Source of the DNA: Methanothermobacter thermautotrophicus str. Delta H
GTDB lineage: Archaea; Methanobacteriota; Methanobacteria; Methanobacteriales; Methanothermobacteraceae
NCBI RefSeq assembly: GCF_000008645.1
Contig: NC_000916.1
Coordinates: 90,001-122,000, forward strand
Direction: 5' to 3'
DNA: 32,000 nt
Numbering within the stretch: the stretch's first letter is position 1; each line of letters begins with the position of its first letter. Position numbers and translations under genes: made by a program. Positions 19,469 through 28,632 of this stretch are shown one piece after another. Below the pieces are notes generated by a model, which was given only the letters and a program-made list of their open reading frames with translations, was not told where the DNA came from and made no database searches.

Positions 19469-20817
19469 CCATTCACCTTCACATTCTTTATGGCCCTATC
19501 AAGGAGTTCGAGGAATTCTCTCTCACGCTCTGAGGGTATGTAGGCGCCGCAGGCAGTTGCATGGCCCCCTCCGCTTCCACCCACCTTCTCAGCGACCCTC
19601 CTCATTATGGAGCCGAAGTGTATGCCGTCGAAGGCCAGGAGCCGTGAGCATCGCAGCGAAACCTTGAGTCCATCAGCGGTTTCTCCCAGTCCAATCATGG
19701 GCCTCCTCCAGTCACCGTAGCCAAGGAGCATGCCTGCGACCGTGCCCACAACGGCTGTGTTCACTCCCGGAGCATGGAAGTACTGGAGGTTCTCCATGTC
19801 CCTTATCAGTTCCTCATCCATTATCTCGTCGAGTGTAACTGCAAGGTAGGTCCTGTGATCCCTGAGCACATCCTCCAGTTCATCCCTTTTCCCTTTCCGG
19901 TCCCCTCCGATTATCTCCATTGCAAGCTTCCACCTTGAGTTGCGGTTACAGGCGTTCACCGCCGTTGAGAACTCAGACAGATCCCTGAAAACAGTGTACC
20001 TCTCCTCGGAGCTGAGCTCATAGACCTCGCCGAGGATAAGCCTTGGAAGGTATCTGTGATATCTTTCAGGGACTTCACTGACCATCATGCGGTATATCTC
20101 GTTGAAGAGTTTCCTCTTCTCATCATCCGTAAGGTCACAGAGTTTTCGCTGTGATTCCCCATTTTTGAGGGGTATTCCAAGGTTTTTGAGCCTTGCAATG
20201 CACTCATTGGTGTTGTTTGTTGTCGGGAGAGTTACATCCCCAAAATAGGAGAGCGCATTAACCAGAGGCCTTGTATGTCTACCATAGATTGTCAGGTCAC
20301 TCTGGCACTCGATCTGACCCTCACTGACGCTGTCCTGGAGGATATCCCTGTTCAGGCCTTCCATTTTACCGAGGGTGATGTTCTGCATGTCACCCACCGC
20401 TGCAAGGAGACCCATCCAGCTGAGGTCCCTGTAGCCGAATTCCCTTGCAAGGAGGTAGGTGAGTCCCCCGCCTGAGACATGTGTTGAGCCGTCCATCCCA
20501 TAGAATATGGGGTTTATCTCCAGGAAATCCCCGCTGGGGGCTGTGAAGTTCATCTTCCTCACAGGGGGGTGGTGGTCCAGTATGAGAACCCTTGAGTTTG
20601 ATTTAAGGTTCTCATGGACTCTCTGACCGGATCCAAGGTCGCTGAAGATGGTGAGGTCAGAGGAAAGTTCAACTTCAGGGACCTCGTTGATGTTTATGAT
20701 CCTCACCTCATGGTCCATATCGAGCCTTTCAAGGACCTTGCTGAGCACCGTCGCGGCTGTTATACCATCACAGTCAGTGTGACTGTAGACCGTGACTGTT
20801 TCAGAGGATTCAACCAT
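19465..20817 (-). CDS. DHH-family phosphoesterase, RecJ-like; true N-terminus may lie upstream
   Basis: TVYSHTDCDGITAATVLSKVL (DHH motif I variant), TIFSDLG, LILDHHPP (DHH motif) and C-terminal SGGGHATACGAYIP (DHHA1). Confidence 0.88.
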   Translation of the reverse strand: MVESSETVTVYSHTDCDGITAATVLSKVLERLDMDHEVRIININEVPEVELSSDLTIFSDLGSGQRVHENLKSNSRVLILDHHPPVRKMNFTAPSGDFLEINPIFYGMDGSTHVSGGGLTYLLAREFGYRDLSWMGLLAAVGDMQNITLGKMEGLNRDILQDSVSEGQIECQSDLTIYGRHTRPLVNALSYFGDVTLPTTNNTNECIARLKNLGIPLKNGESQRKLCDLTDDEKRKLFNEIYRMMVSEVPERYHRYLPRLILGEVYELSSEERYTVFRDLSEFSTAVNACNRNSRWKLAMEIIGGDRKGKRDELEDVLRDHRTYLAVTLDEIMDEELIRDMENLQYFHAPGVNTAVVGTVAGMLLGYGDWRRPMIGLGETADGLKVSLRCSRLLAFDGIHFGSIMRRVAEKVGGSGGGHATACGAYIPSEREREFLELLDRAIKNVKVNG

Positions 20818-20871
20818 CTCCCTGGCCCTTCTGAGGGCAATCTCAGTTCATCCATACCCATAGCCATGGCA

Positions 20872-21147
20872 TCATCTCTTCCTTGAGGACCTCACAAGTC
20901 TTGCAATTTTTGGAAGGAGTTCGCTCTTTTTACCATTGTATTCCACAACAACCCTTCCTGAGGACTCCCACCAGGACGGTGGGTATGCCCTGTCTGATTC
21001 CATACTGGCCTCCAGCTGGAGCTTCCTGGCAGCCCTGAGTATCTCACTGGCGGTCGGGGATTCAACAGCATACTCGAGGGGCACCCTGCGACCCTCACTC
21101 CGTGATTTTCTTGAATCAAGATAAGTGGGCCATATGATCAAGTTCAC
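20872..21147 (-). CDS. srp19: Signal recognition particle 19 kDa protein
   Basis: LIIWPTYLDSRKSRSEGRRVPLEYAVESPTASEILRAARKLQLEASMESDRAYPPSWWESSGRVVV matches SRP19. Confidence 0.93.
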   Translation of the reverse strand: MNLIIWPTYLDSRKSRSEGRRVPLEYAVESPTASEILRAARKLQLEASMESDRAYPPSWWESSGRVVVEYNGKKSELLPKIARLVRSSRKR

Positions 21148-21170
21148 TCCTCCTGGTTTCGTTCATTCTG

Positions 21171-21971
21171 TCAGTCCACATCTTCACCCATGCTAACTGC
21201 GAGCGCAGCTATCATATCCTTCACGGTGTACCTTTCGGGTGTCACGGCGGTGATTCCATGCTCCTCCAGCTTCCTGAGGGTTATGGGGCCTATTGCAGCC
21301 ACCTTAACCCTCTTCAGAACCTCTATGAGCTCTTTACGCCGGTTACCGGCGATTTTGAAGAGGTTCTCAACAGTGAGGGGGCTTGTGAAGGTGACTGCAT
21401 CCACCTTTCCATCCAGGAGACCATCTATAAGCTCCTCTGCGGGGCCGGTGTCTTCAGGTAAACCGGATCTGTAGGCCTCGGCCACGAGGACCTCTGCACC
21501 CATCATCTCAAGTCCTCGGGGAAGGACCTTCCTTGCAGAGAGTGTCCTTGGGAGAGCCACCTTCCAGCCCTCAATGTTGAGACCGGTGAGGGCATCCAGG
21601 AGGCCCTCGGCAGTATAATCCTCCGGGACGATATCGACCCGGAGTCCATGCTCACCGGCCACTCTGGCGGTCCTGGGACCTATAACTGCCACCAGGCAGT
21701 CCTTCCTGATTTTCCCTGCAAATTCTCTGCAGAGCTGGAAGAGGGATTCAACGGCGGCCTGTGACGTGAATATTACAAGATCCCATTCATCAGCCCTCCG
21801 GCAGACTTCCCTGAGGGATTCTGTGTGCGCCTCCTTTAATTCAAGGGTCGGGGCCACGAGGGCCCTTCCACCTGCCCCCTCTATCAGTTCAACAGCCTCT
21901 GCAGATCTTTCAGGGGGCCGTGTCACGGCCACGGTCCTATTTCTCAGTCCCTCTAATTTCACGGTAGACAT
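21171..21971 (-). CDS. hemD: Uroporphyrinogen-III synthase
   Basis: [23 protein letters not shown]...[15 protein letters not shown]...AVIGPRTAR...[16 protein letters not shown]...[16 protein letters not shown]. Confidence 0.9.
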   Translation of the reverse strand: MSTVKLEGLRNRTVAVTRPPERSAEAVELIEGAGGRALVAPTLELKEAHTESLREVCRRADEWDLVIFTSQAAVESLFQLCREFAGKIRKDCLVAVIGPRTARVAGEHGLRVDIVPEDYTAEGLLDALTGLNIEGWKVALPRTLSARKVLPRGLEMMGAEVLVAEAYRSGLPEDTGPAEELIDGLLDGKVDAVTFTSPLTVENLFKIAGNRRKELIEVLKRVKVAAIGPITLRKLEEHGITAVTPERYTVKDMIAALAVSMGEDVD

Positions 21972-22653
21972 TGACAACATCACCCACCACTATGATGCCG
22001 GGAGGCCTCAGGTCCTTATCTGCGATGTCTCCAAGTGTCCCGAGGATTATCCTCTCATCATCCAGCGTACCGCTCTCAATCACACATACCGGGGTGTCGG
22101 CGGGGCGGTGCTTCATGATCTCCTCCATGTTCTCCCTTATGTTGCCAACACCCATGAGTATTATGAGCGTATCTGCATTGTAGTCCCAGTGGACCTGCTT
22201 AGCGGGCTTTGATGGGTCCTCGTGGCCTGTAACCACCGTGAAGGATGTTGCAACGCCCCTGTGGGTTACAGGAAGCCCGACTGATGTGGGGACACCAACA
22301 GCCGATGTCACTCCGGGGATGACCCTGTAGGGGATGCCGGCTTCCTTCAGGGCCAGGATCTCCTCACCACCCCTTCCAAATACGAAGGGGTCGCCGCCCT
22401 TGAGCCTCACAACGGTCTCATGTTTTTTTCCTTCCTCAACGAGTATTCTGTTTATCTCGTCCTGGGTCCTGTGGTGTTCACCTGCCCTCTTACCGACGTA
22501 TATGAGCCTGGCGTCATCAGGTGCGTATCTGAGTATCTCTTCACCTGCAAGCCGGTCATAGATCACCACGTCTGCCCCTTCAAGGACCCTTATCGCCTTG
22601 AGTGTTATGAGTTCAGGGTCCCCGGGTCCTGCCCCAACAAGATAGACCACCAT
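21937..22653 (-). CDS. cobA: Uroporphyrinogen-III C-methyltransferase (SUMT)
   Basis: [59 protein letters not shown]. Overlaps the hemD start. Confidence 0.96.
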   Translation of the reverse strand: MVVYLVGAGPGDPELITLKAIRVLEGADVVIYDRLAGEEILRYAPDDARLIYVGKRAGEHHRTQDEINRILVEEGKKHETVVRLKGGDPFVFGRGGEEILALKEAGIPYRVIPGVTSAVGVPTSVGLPVTHRGVATSFTVVTGHEDPSKPAKQVHWDYNADTLIILMGVGNIRENMEEIMKHRPADTPVCVIESGTLDDERIILGTLGDIADKDLRPPGIIVVGDVVNVYREIRGTEK

Positions 22654-22658
22654 GAGCA

Positions 22659-23315
22659 TCACCCTCTAAACTTCAGGATGCCCCTGAAGAATTTGAAGCC
22701 ATCCACGGATCCCAGTATCTCCTCGGATGCCCTCTCAGGGTGGGGCATCACTGCGCATACAAGGCCTGATTCATCGCAGACCCCGGTTATACCGTCCAGT
22801 GAACCGTTGGGGTTTTCCCCATGGAACTGGAGGACGACCTGATCGTTTTCCCATACCTCACTGATATTGTCGTGGTAGTACCTGCCCTCGGCATGTGCCA
22901 CAGGCATCCTTATAACCTCGTCCTTCTTGAAGAGACCTGTGAATGGCGTCCTGGTTGTTTTAACCCTGAGTTCGGTCCACTGGCAGTTGAATTTTGGGTG
23001 CTCGTTTACGGTGAAGACCCCTGGCACAAGCCCAACCTCTGCCAGTATCTGGGCGCCATTGCATATGCCAAGTACAGGTTTTTCCTCCCTCACAAGTTCC
23101 CTGACAGCGTCCATGACAGGGGTTATGGCTGCGATTGCACCTGCACGGAGGTAGTCCCCGTAGGAGAAACCCCCCGGGATCACGACGGCGTCGAGGTGAT
23201 CAAGGTTGCGCTGGTTCCACCAGACATACTCAGGTTCCGCCCCTGCCAGTTCAAGGACATGGTGGACGTCACGGTCACAGTTGGATCCCGGAAACCTTAT
23301 AACTCCCACCCTCAT
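22659..23315 (-). CDS. purQ: Phosphoribosylformylglycinamidine synthase, glutaminase subunit
   Basis: [33 protein letters not shown]...[18 protein letters not shown]...[13 protein letters not shown]...MPHPERA. Confidence 0.97.
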   Translation of the reverse strand: MRVGVIRFPGSNCDRDVHHVLELAGAEPEYVWWNQRNLDHLDAVVIPGGFSYGDYLRAGAIAAITPVMDAVRELVREEKPVLGICNGAQILAEVGLVPGVFTVNEHPKFNCQWTELRVKTTRTPFTGLFKKDEVIRMPVAHAEGRYYHDNISEVWENDQVVLQFHGENPNGSLDGITGVCDESGLVCAVMPHPERASEEILGSVDGFKFFRGILKFRG

Positions 23316-23318
23316 GGT

Positions 23319-23573
23319 TCAGCCTTCCATCTCGTTTATACTGACATCATAGTCATGGATGACCGGGTTGCAGAGGAGGCGCTGACACATGTCCTCAACC
23401 TCCCTCTCAACGGCCTCAAGACTGTCCTCATCCATGGTGAAGGTTATAACATCAGTTGTATCGGTGTCCTCAACCTCATATCCAAGGAGAGCCAGTGCCC
23501 TCTCAATTGTGGCTGCCTCAGGGTTCAGCATGCCCTTCTTTAGCCTTATTCTGACCTCGACCATAAACTTCAT
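23319..23573 (-). CDS. purS: Phosphoribosylformylglycinamidine synthase subunit PurS
   Basis: VEVRIRLKKGMLNPEAATIERALALLGYEVEDTDTTDVITFTM; adjacent to purQ. An internal ATG at 23564 is an alternative start. Confidence 0.94.
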   Translation of the reverse strand: MKFMVEVRIRLKKGMLNPEAATIERALALLGYEVEDTDTTDVITFTMDEDSLEAVEREVEDMCQRLLCNPVIHDYDVSINEMEG

Positions 23574-23582
23574 TCCATCACC

Positions 23583-24329
23583 TCAGAGTTCAACATTCCA
23601 CCTTTCGATGTCCTCATCATCAAGTATCATCCTGGCCACCCTTCTGTAGGCGCCAACAACACCCTCCTCTCCACGGCGGAATATGTCCTTGTCCAGGGGC
23701 TCTCCGGTCTCCATGTCCCAGAGGCGGCAGGTGTCTGGGCTAACCTCGTCGCCGAGTCTTATCCTGCCACTGGAGTCCCTTCCGAATTCTAGTTTGAAGT
23801 CGGGCAGGATAAGTCCCCTTGACTTCAGGAAGTCCCTGAGGACACTGTTTATGTGGAGGGTGATCCTCCTTATCTCCTCCAGTTCATCCCTGGTGGCGAT
23901 CCCCAGTGCGAGGATTATGTCATCGTTCAGCATGGGGTCCCCGTGCTCATCACTCTTGTAGTCCATCTGTATGAGGGGCGGTACGAATTCCTGGCCCTCA
24001 GTGAAGGGAAACCTCCTCACGATGCTCCCCGCTGCTATATTCCGGGTTATGACCTCTATGGGTATCATCTCAAGTTTCCTTGCAAGGATGCATCCGGGTT
24101 CCCTAAGTTCAAGGTACTGGGTCGGTACCCCAGCCTCCTCGAGAACCTCGAATATCTTTGCTGAGATCACAGAGTTGTAGTAGCCCTTCATCTCAAGGGT
24201 GTCCTTCTTTTCACCGTCACCTGCGGTTATATCGTCCCTGAACCTAACGGCAACGATTTCAGGGTCATCTGTAAGGAGAACATCCTTTGCCTTACCACTG
24301 TACAGTGGACCGTCTATCTTCACATCCAT
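23583..24329 (-). CDS. purC: Phosphoribosylaminoimidazole-succinocarboxamide synthase
   Basis: [87 protein letters not shown]. Confidence 0.97.
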   Translation of the reverse strand: MDVKIDGPLYSGKAKDVLLTDDPEIVAVRFRDDITAGDGEKKDTLEMKGYYNSVISAKIFEVLEEAGVPTQYLELREPGCILARKLEMIPIEVITRNIAAGSIVRRFPFTEGQEFVPPLIQMDYKSDEHGDPMLNDDIILALGIATRDELEEIRRITLHINSVLRDFLKSRGLILPDFKLEFGRDSSGRIRLGDEVSPDTCRLWDMETGEPLDKDIFRRGEEGVVGAYRRVARMILDDEDIERWNVEL

Positions 24330-24381
24330 ACTATCACTTTTAAAGAATTTGAGTATGAAATCCTGATCAACTCTCCAATAC

Positions 24382-24389
24382 TTATATAG
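24382..24389 (-). promoter_or_regulatory. Candidate TATA box for the purC-purS-purQ direction
   Basis: Plus strand ccaatacTTATATAGGtg, read on the minus strand as CTATATAAG, about 55 bp upstream of the purC start. Confidence 0.45.
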
Positions 24390-24424
24390 GTGTAAATTCT
24401 ATTATGAGTTATATTGCGATTCAG

Positions 24425-24433
24425 TTATATAAT
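24425..24433 (+). promoter_or_regulatory. Candidate TATA box for glmS
   Basis: cagTTATATAATctt about 40 bp upstream of ATG 24471. gggtgaaata precedes the ATG. Confidence 0.55.
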
Positions 24434-24470
24434 CTTGCGAAATCAGATTCATGCTTCTTAGGGTGAAATA

Positions 24471-26243
24471 ATGTGTGGCATTGTGGCTTGTATACTTAAG
24501 GATGGGAGTGCAGCCCCGGTTCTCCTGGAATGCGTCAGGAGACTGGAGTACAGGGGCTATGACTCCGTTGGTATTGCAACATCAGACCCCATGATAAGGA
24601 TAAAGAAGGACAGCGGCAAAATCGACGAGGTGGACGCGGAACTTGACCTTGCAGATCTACCAGGCACTATGGGGATAGCCCATGTTAGGTGGGCAACCCA
24701 TGGTCTCCCCACAGCTGAGAATGCCCACCCACACACCGACTGCAGTGGCGAGATAGCAGTTGTACACAACGGGATAATAGAGAACTACCTTGAGGTTAAG
24801 GAGGAACTTGAATCTGAGGGCCACATATTCAGGTCCGAGACAGACACCGAGGTCATACCACACCTCATAGAGAAGTACATGGATGAGGGAATGGACCTTG
24901 AAGCCGCAACAGCCACAGCACTCAGGAAGCTCAGGGGGGCATATGCGATTGCAGCGGTATCCTCCAGGGAGCCGGGAAGGATCGTGGGGGCGAGAAAGGA
25001 GAGCCCCCTCATAGTCGGTGTCGGTGAAGGTGAATACTTCCTGGCCTCAGATGTGCCAGCCATCCTCAACCACACCAGCAGGGTGATATACCTCGATGAC
25101 GGTGAGATGGTCATACTTGATGGGGATCTGAGGGTCACCGACATGGAGGGCAACACTGTTGAGAAGGAGGTCCATTCAATCGACTGGTCCGCTGACATGG
25201 CAGAGAAGGGCGGCTACGACCACTTCATGCTTAAGGAGATACATGAGGAACCCTCAGCGGTGAGGGACACCCTCACAGAGTGGGATGAGGTGCTTGGAGT
25301 GGTTGAGGAGATAGGCGAGGTTGAAAGGATCTGCTTCGTTGCCTGCGGAACATCCTACCACGCATCACTTGTTGGAAAGTACCTCTTTGAGAGCCTCCTG
25401 GGCATACCAACCGATGTGATCCTTGCAAGCGAGTTCAGATACTCAGCAGGGGCCCTGAATGACAGGACACTGGCGATATTCATAAGCCAGTCAGGTGAAA
25501 CAGCGGATACCCTGAACGCCCTCCGCGCAGCCAATTCAAGGGCGAAGACCCTGGCAATAGTCAATGTACTTGGGAGCTCGGCAACAAGGGAGGCCCAGCA
25601 TGTTCTATACACAAGGGCAGGACCCGAGATAGGTGTGGCTGCAACCAAGACCTATGTGAGTCAGCTAACAGTTATATACATGCTCGTGGCTGCAATGGGC
25701 GCACCCGAGCTCATGGATAGACTTGAAAGGGTTCCTGAGTTCATGGAGAGGGCCCTTGAGGATGAGGATGGCATCAAGGAACTTGCAGCCACCTGCAGTG
25801 ACGTGAGTGACTTCTTCTTCATAGGCCGAGGATTTGCTTATCCAACGGCCCTTGAGGGTGCCCTGAAGCTCAAGGAGATAACCTACATACACGGTGAGGG
25901 CTACGCAGCAGGGGAACTCAAGCACGGACCCCTGGCCCTGATAGATAATGGGGTGCCGGTCGTTGCGATTTCACCGCCAGGTCCGTGCCATGATAAGACC
26001 CTGAGCAACGTTGAGGAGGTCAGGGCAAGGGGTGCAAGGGTCATAGGGGTTGGCAGTATTTCAGACGAATCCCTCAGGAAGGAGGCTGATGACTTCATAG
26101 GCCTTGACCCTGAGGTGGATGATGTCATATCACCCCTGGTCTACATCGTTCCCCTCCAGCTCCTCTCCTACCATGTGAGTGTGGAACGTGGACTGGACCC
26201 TGACAAGCCAAAGAACCTTGCAAAGTGTGTGACCGTTGAGTGA
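24471..26243 (+). CDS. glmS: Glutamine--fructose-6-phosphate aminotransferase (isomerizing)
   Basis: [69 protein letters not shown]-terminal NLAKCVTVE. Confidence 0.98.
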   Translation: MCGIVACILKDGSAAPVLLECVRRLEYRGYDSVGIATSDPMIRIKKDSGKIDEVDAELDLADLPGTMGIAHVRWATHGLPTAENAHPHTDCSGEIAVVHNGIIENYLEVKEELESEGHIFRSETDTEVIPHLIEKYMDEGMDLEAATATALRKLRGAYAIAAVSSREPGRIVGARKESPLIVGVGEGEYFLASDVPAILNHTSRVIYLDDGEMVILDGDLRVTDMEGNTVEKEVHSIDWSADMAEKGGYDHFMLKEIHEEPSAVRDTLTEWDEVLGVVEEIGEVERICFVACGTSYHASLVGKYLFESLLGIPTDVILASEFRYSAGALNDRTLAIFISQSGETADTLNALRAANSRAKTLAIVNVLGSSATREAQHVLYTRAGPEIGVAATKTYVSQLTVIYMLVAAMGAPELMDRLERVPEFMERALEDEDGIKELAATCSDVSDFFFIGRGFAYPTALEGALKLKEITYIHGEGYAAGELKHGPLALIDNGVPVVAISPPGPCHDKTLSNVEEVRARGARVIGVGSISDESLRKEADDFIGLDPEVDDVISPLVYIVPLQLLSYHVSVERGLDPDKPKNLAKCVTVE

Positions 26244-26296
26244 AGGTGATCATGGAAAGCAAATACCGGGGCTCTGACGCTGCAATCCCTGAATCT

Positions 26297-27295
26297 TCAA
26301 TCTTCCTGAGGGGAGGGTACCTTAACTGACCATCTCATTGTAAGGTACTCCTTAATTTCTGATTCAGGTACCCTCTTCAAAGCCCTCCTTTTACGAATAA
26401 CCCTTCCCAGCCCCCTGTAGGCATCATATTTTGCCCTAAGGATTATGAGTTTCCCCCTCTTTATGTTCAGAAGTACCTGAATAATTTCTGTGAGAACAAA
26501 GAGGGGGAGACACATTAAAAGCAGATCAGCTGGCATGTTCTTAATGAAGGTCCAGGTATAATTTCTCCAGTTGTGGTAAACCGTGAAGTCACTTATAAAG
26601 GGATTGGTACCCCCCTTGTAGTGGTATACAGTGGCATCGGGTGCATAAAGGGAATCCCATCCTGCGCTTCTGAGTCTGAGTGCCAGATCAAAGTCCTCAT
26701 AGTATGCAAAGAAATCCTCATCAAAGTATTCAGCGTCGACCTCGACGTCTTCAAGGGCTTCTCTTCTGTAGAGACAGGCACCGGCACAGCAACCCAGGAT
26801 TCTGGCCCTTTCATTGAAATTTTCAACTGGTTCATATGCGCCCCTGTTGAATCCAAGACCATTCAGGGAGTATTCAAGGCCGGCAGAGTCTATGAGTTTT
26901 CTGTTCTGTCCCCATATCATCCTGGCCTGCACACTCCCCACCCTCTCATCGTCTCCGGCCGCCAGTATAAGATTCTCTATAAAATCTGGAAGAACCTCCG
27001 TGTCATTATTGAGGCATACCACATACCTGCATTGGGGGTCATCAAGGGCTATCCTGATCCCCTGATTGTTTGATGCAGCGAACCCCAGATTTTCATGGTT
27101 TTCGATCAATATTATCCTGTCACCGAGGTATTCACTGAAGTTACTCTTTATAAAGTCCACTGAACCATCCGATGAACCGTTGTCAATGAAGACCACCCTG
27201 AAGTCTTCATAGGTCTGTCTGAGAAGAGACCTGAAATACACCTCGAGGAAGGATACCCCGTTGAGGTTGGGTGTTATGATGTAGGTTTCTGGCAT
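26297..27295 (-). CDS. Glycosyltransferase family 2 (rhamnosyltransferase-like)
   Basis: ITPNLNGVSFLEVYFRSLLRQTYEDFRVVFIDNGSSDGSVDFI...VCLNNDTEVLPDFIENLI...DEDFFAYYEDFDLALRLRSAGW. Confidence 0.93.
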   Translation of the reverse strand: MPETYIITPNLNGVSFLEVYFRSLLRQTYEDFRVVFIDNGSSDGSVDFIKSNFSEYLGDRIILIENHENLGFAASNNQGIRIALDDPQCRYVVCLNNDTEVLPDFIENLILAAGDDERVGSVQARMIWGQNRKLIDSAGLEYSLNGLGFNRGAYEPVENFNERARILGCCAGACLYRREALEDVEVDAEYFDEDFFAYYEDFDLALRLRSAGWDSLYAPDATVYHYKGGTNPFISDFTVYHNWRNYTWTFIKNMPADLLLMCLPLFVLTEIIQVLLNIKRGKLIILRAKYDAYRGLGRVIRKRRALKRVPESEIKEYLTMRWSVKVPSPQED

Positions 27296-27314
27296 ATGAT
27301 CACTTCTGAGATTT

Positions 27315-28454
27315 TTATGGTGTATTTTTCCGGGCTATTATGAAACTGTAGGTCCTTTCGACTTCATCAACAACCCTATCCCATATGAATTCTTCTTCAA
27401 CCTTCTTACGGCCCTGAGATCCCATCCTGTCCCTCAGTTCATCATCAGAGATTAAAAGTTTTATTTTATCATGGAGGGCCTCCTTGTCACAGGGTTCAAC
27501 CAGGAAACCGTTTTCACCGTCATCTATGACCTCAACAACTCCACCGGACCTGTAGGCCACAGCAGGCACACCACAGGCACCTGCTTCAGCAAGAACCATC
27601 CCGAAGCCCTCCCTGGTGGATGGAAGGACAAGCACCCTGGCCCCCCTGATCCTGGATATGACCTCAGGGTAGCTCAGGTTATGGTGGAATGTGACCGAGT
27701 CCCTGATGCCGCACTCATCGACCATGGCTTTCAGTCTGGCCCTCTCCACACCATCACCTATTATTTCGAGTCTGAGGTCAGGAAAGTCTATGACGAGTTT
27801 ACTGAAGACCTCTATGAGGTGATCCACATGTTTATGGGGGGCGAGGCGTCCAACGAATATTATGTAGTTCCCGGTCGCCGGGGTGACAGAATCGATGAGT
27901 TCAGGGTCAACGCCGTTGGGGATGATGTGGATGCCATCGGGATTCCTCCCATGCAGTTCTGTGAGTGCTGAGGCCGTGCTGCGGCTAACGGTGATCACAC
28001 CATCATAGGGGAGCCTCATGAGGACCCTCTCAAGGATTGTGGCTGTTTTTGAGGACTGCAGCCACTGGTCCCCATGGGCGGAACTCACATCATGGATGGT
28101 TGCAACCATTGGTGTTCCATGAATCCGGGAGGCAAGGAATGCTGGGAGGAGTGGAGCGTACGTCTGGGCGTCAATGATGTCATAGTCATGGGTCATCACC
28201 CACCTGAAGGCCGCCGCCATGAACCTGATGAAATCCAGGGGTCCCCTGAGAGGAGGTTTCCTTATTCTGGGGCCCAGGTGGTGCACCCTTACACCGCTGA
28301 CCTCTTCATACTCACCGACTCCATGGATCCCCATTGATATCACATCAACAACATGACCCCTCTCAACGAGTCTCCTGGCAATTTCAAAGTATCTCCTCTC
28401 CCCTCCTCCATTGTAATGCGGTACAAAGAAATCTGAGACTATCAGTATTCTCAT
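27315..28454 (-). CDS. Glycosyltransferase family 4 (group 1)
   Basis: MRILIVSDFFVPHYNGGGERRYFEIARRLVERGHVVDVIS...VPNGVDPELID-type motif (IIPNGVD), FVGRLAPHKHVDHLIEVF, LPSTREGFGMVLAEAGACGVPAVAY. Confidence 0.94.
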   Translation of the reverse strand: MRILIVSDFFVPHYNGGGERRYFEIARRLVERGHVVDVISMGIHGVGEYEEVSGVRVHHLGPRIRKPPLRGPLDFIRFMAAAFRWVMTHDYDIIDAQTYAPLLPAFLASRIHGTPMVATIHDVSSAHGDQWLQSSKTATILERVLMRLPYDGVITVSRSTASALTELHGRNPDGIHIIPNGVDPELIDSVTPATGNYIIFVGRLAPHKHVDHLIEVFSKLVIDFPDLRLEIIGDGVERARLKAMVDECGIRDSVTFHHNLSYPEVISRIRGARVLVLPSTREGFGMVLAEAGACGVPAVAYRSGGVVEVIDDGENGFLVEPCDKEALHDKIKLLISDDELRDRMGSQGRKKVEEEFIWDRVVDEVERTYSFIIARKNTP

Positions 28455-28632
28455 AGGACCCACTTTCCAGTATTCTGTTCAATCAGTTTCCATCCAGAAT
28501 TTCATCAATTCCATCAATTTATATCTGATGTATGATATAATTAATAACATAGTGGGGCAGACATGCTGCGTCAGGTTCCTCCACAGAGGGGCATGATGTA
28601 AATCGGGGGGTGATGTAGGTGGGGGTTTTCCC

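Noticed and set aside
22821-23543. 240-aa plus-strand ORF antisense to purQ/purS
   Set aside because: It lies fully opposite two unmistakable conserved genes. Its composition reflects antisense of high-GC coding DNA and it has no recognisable domain.
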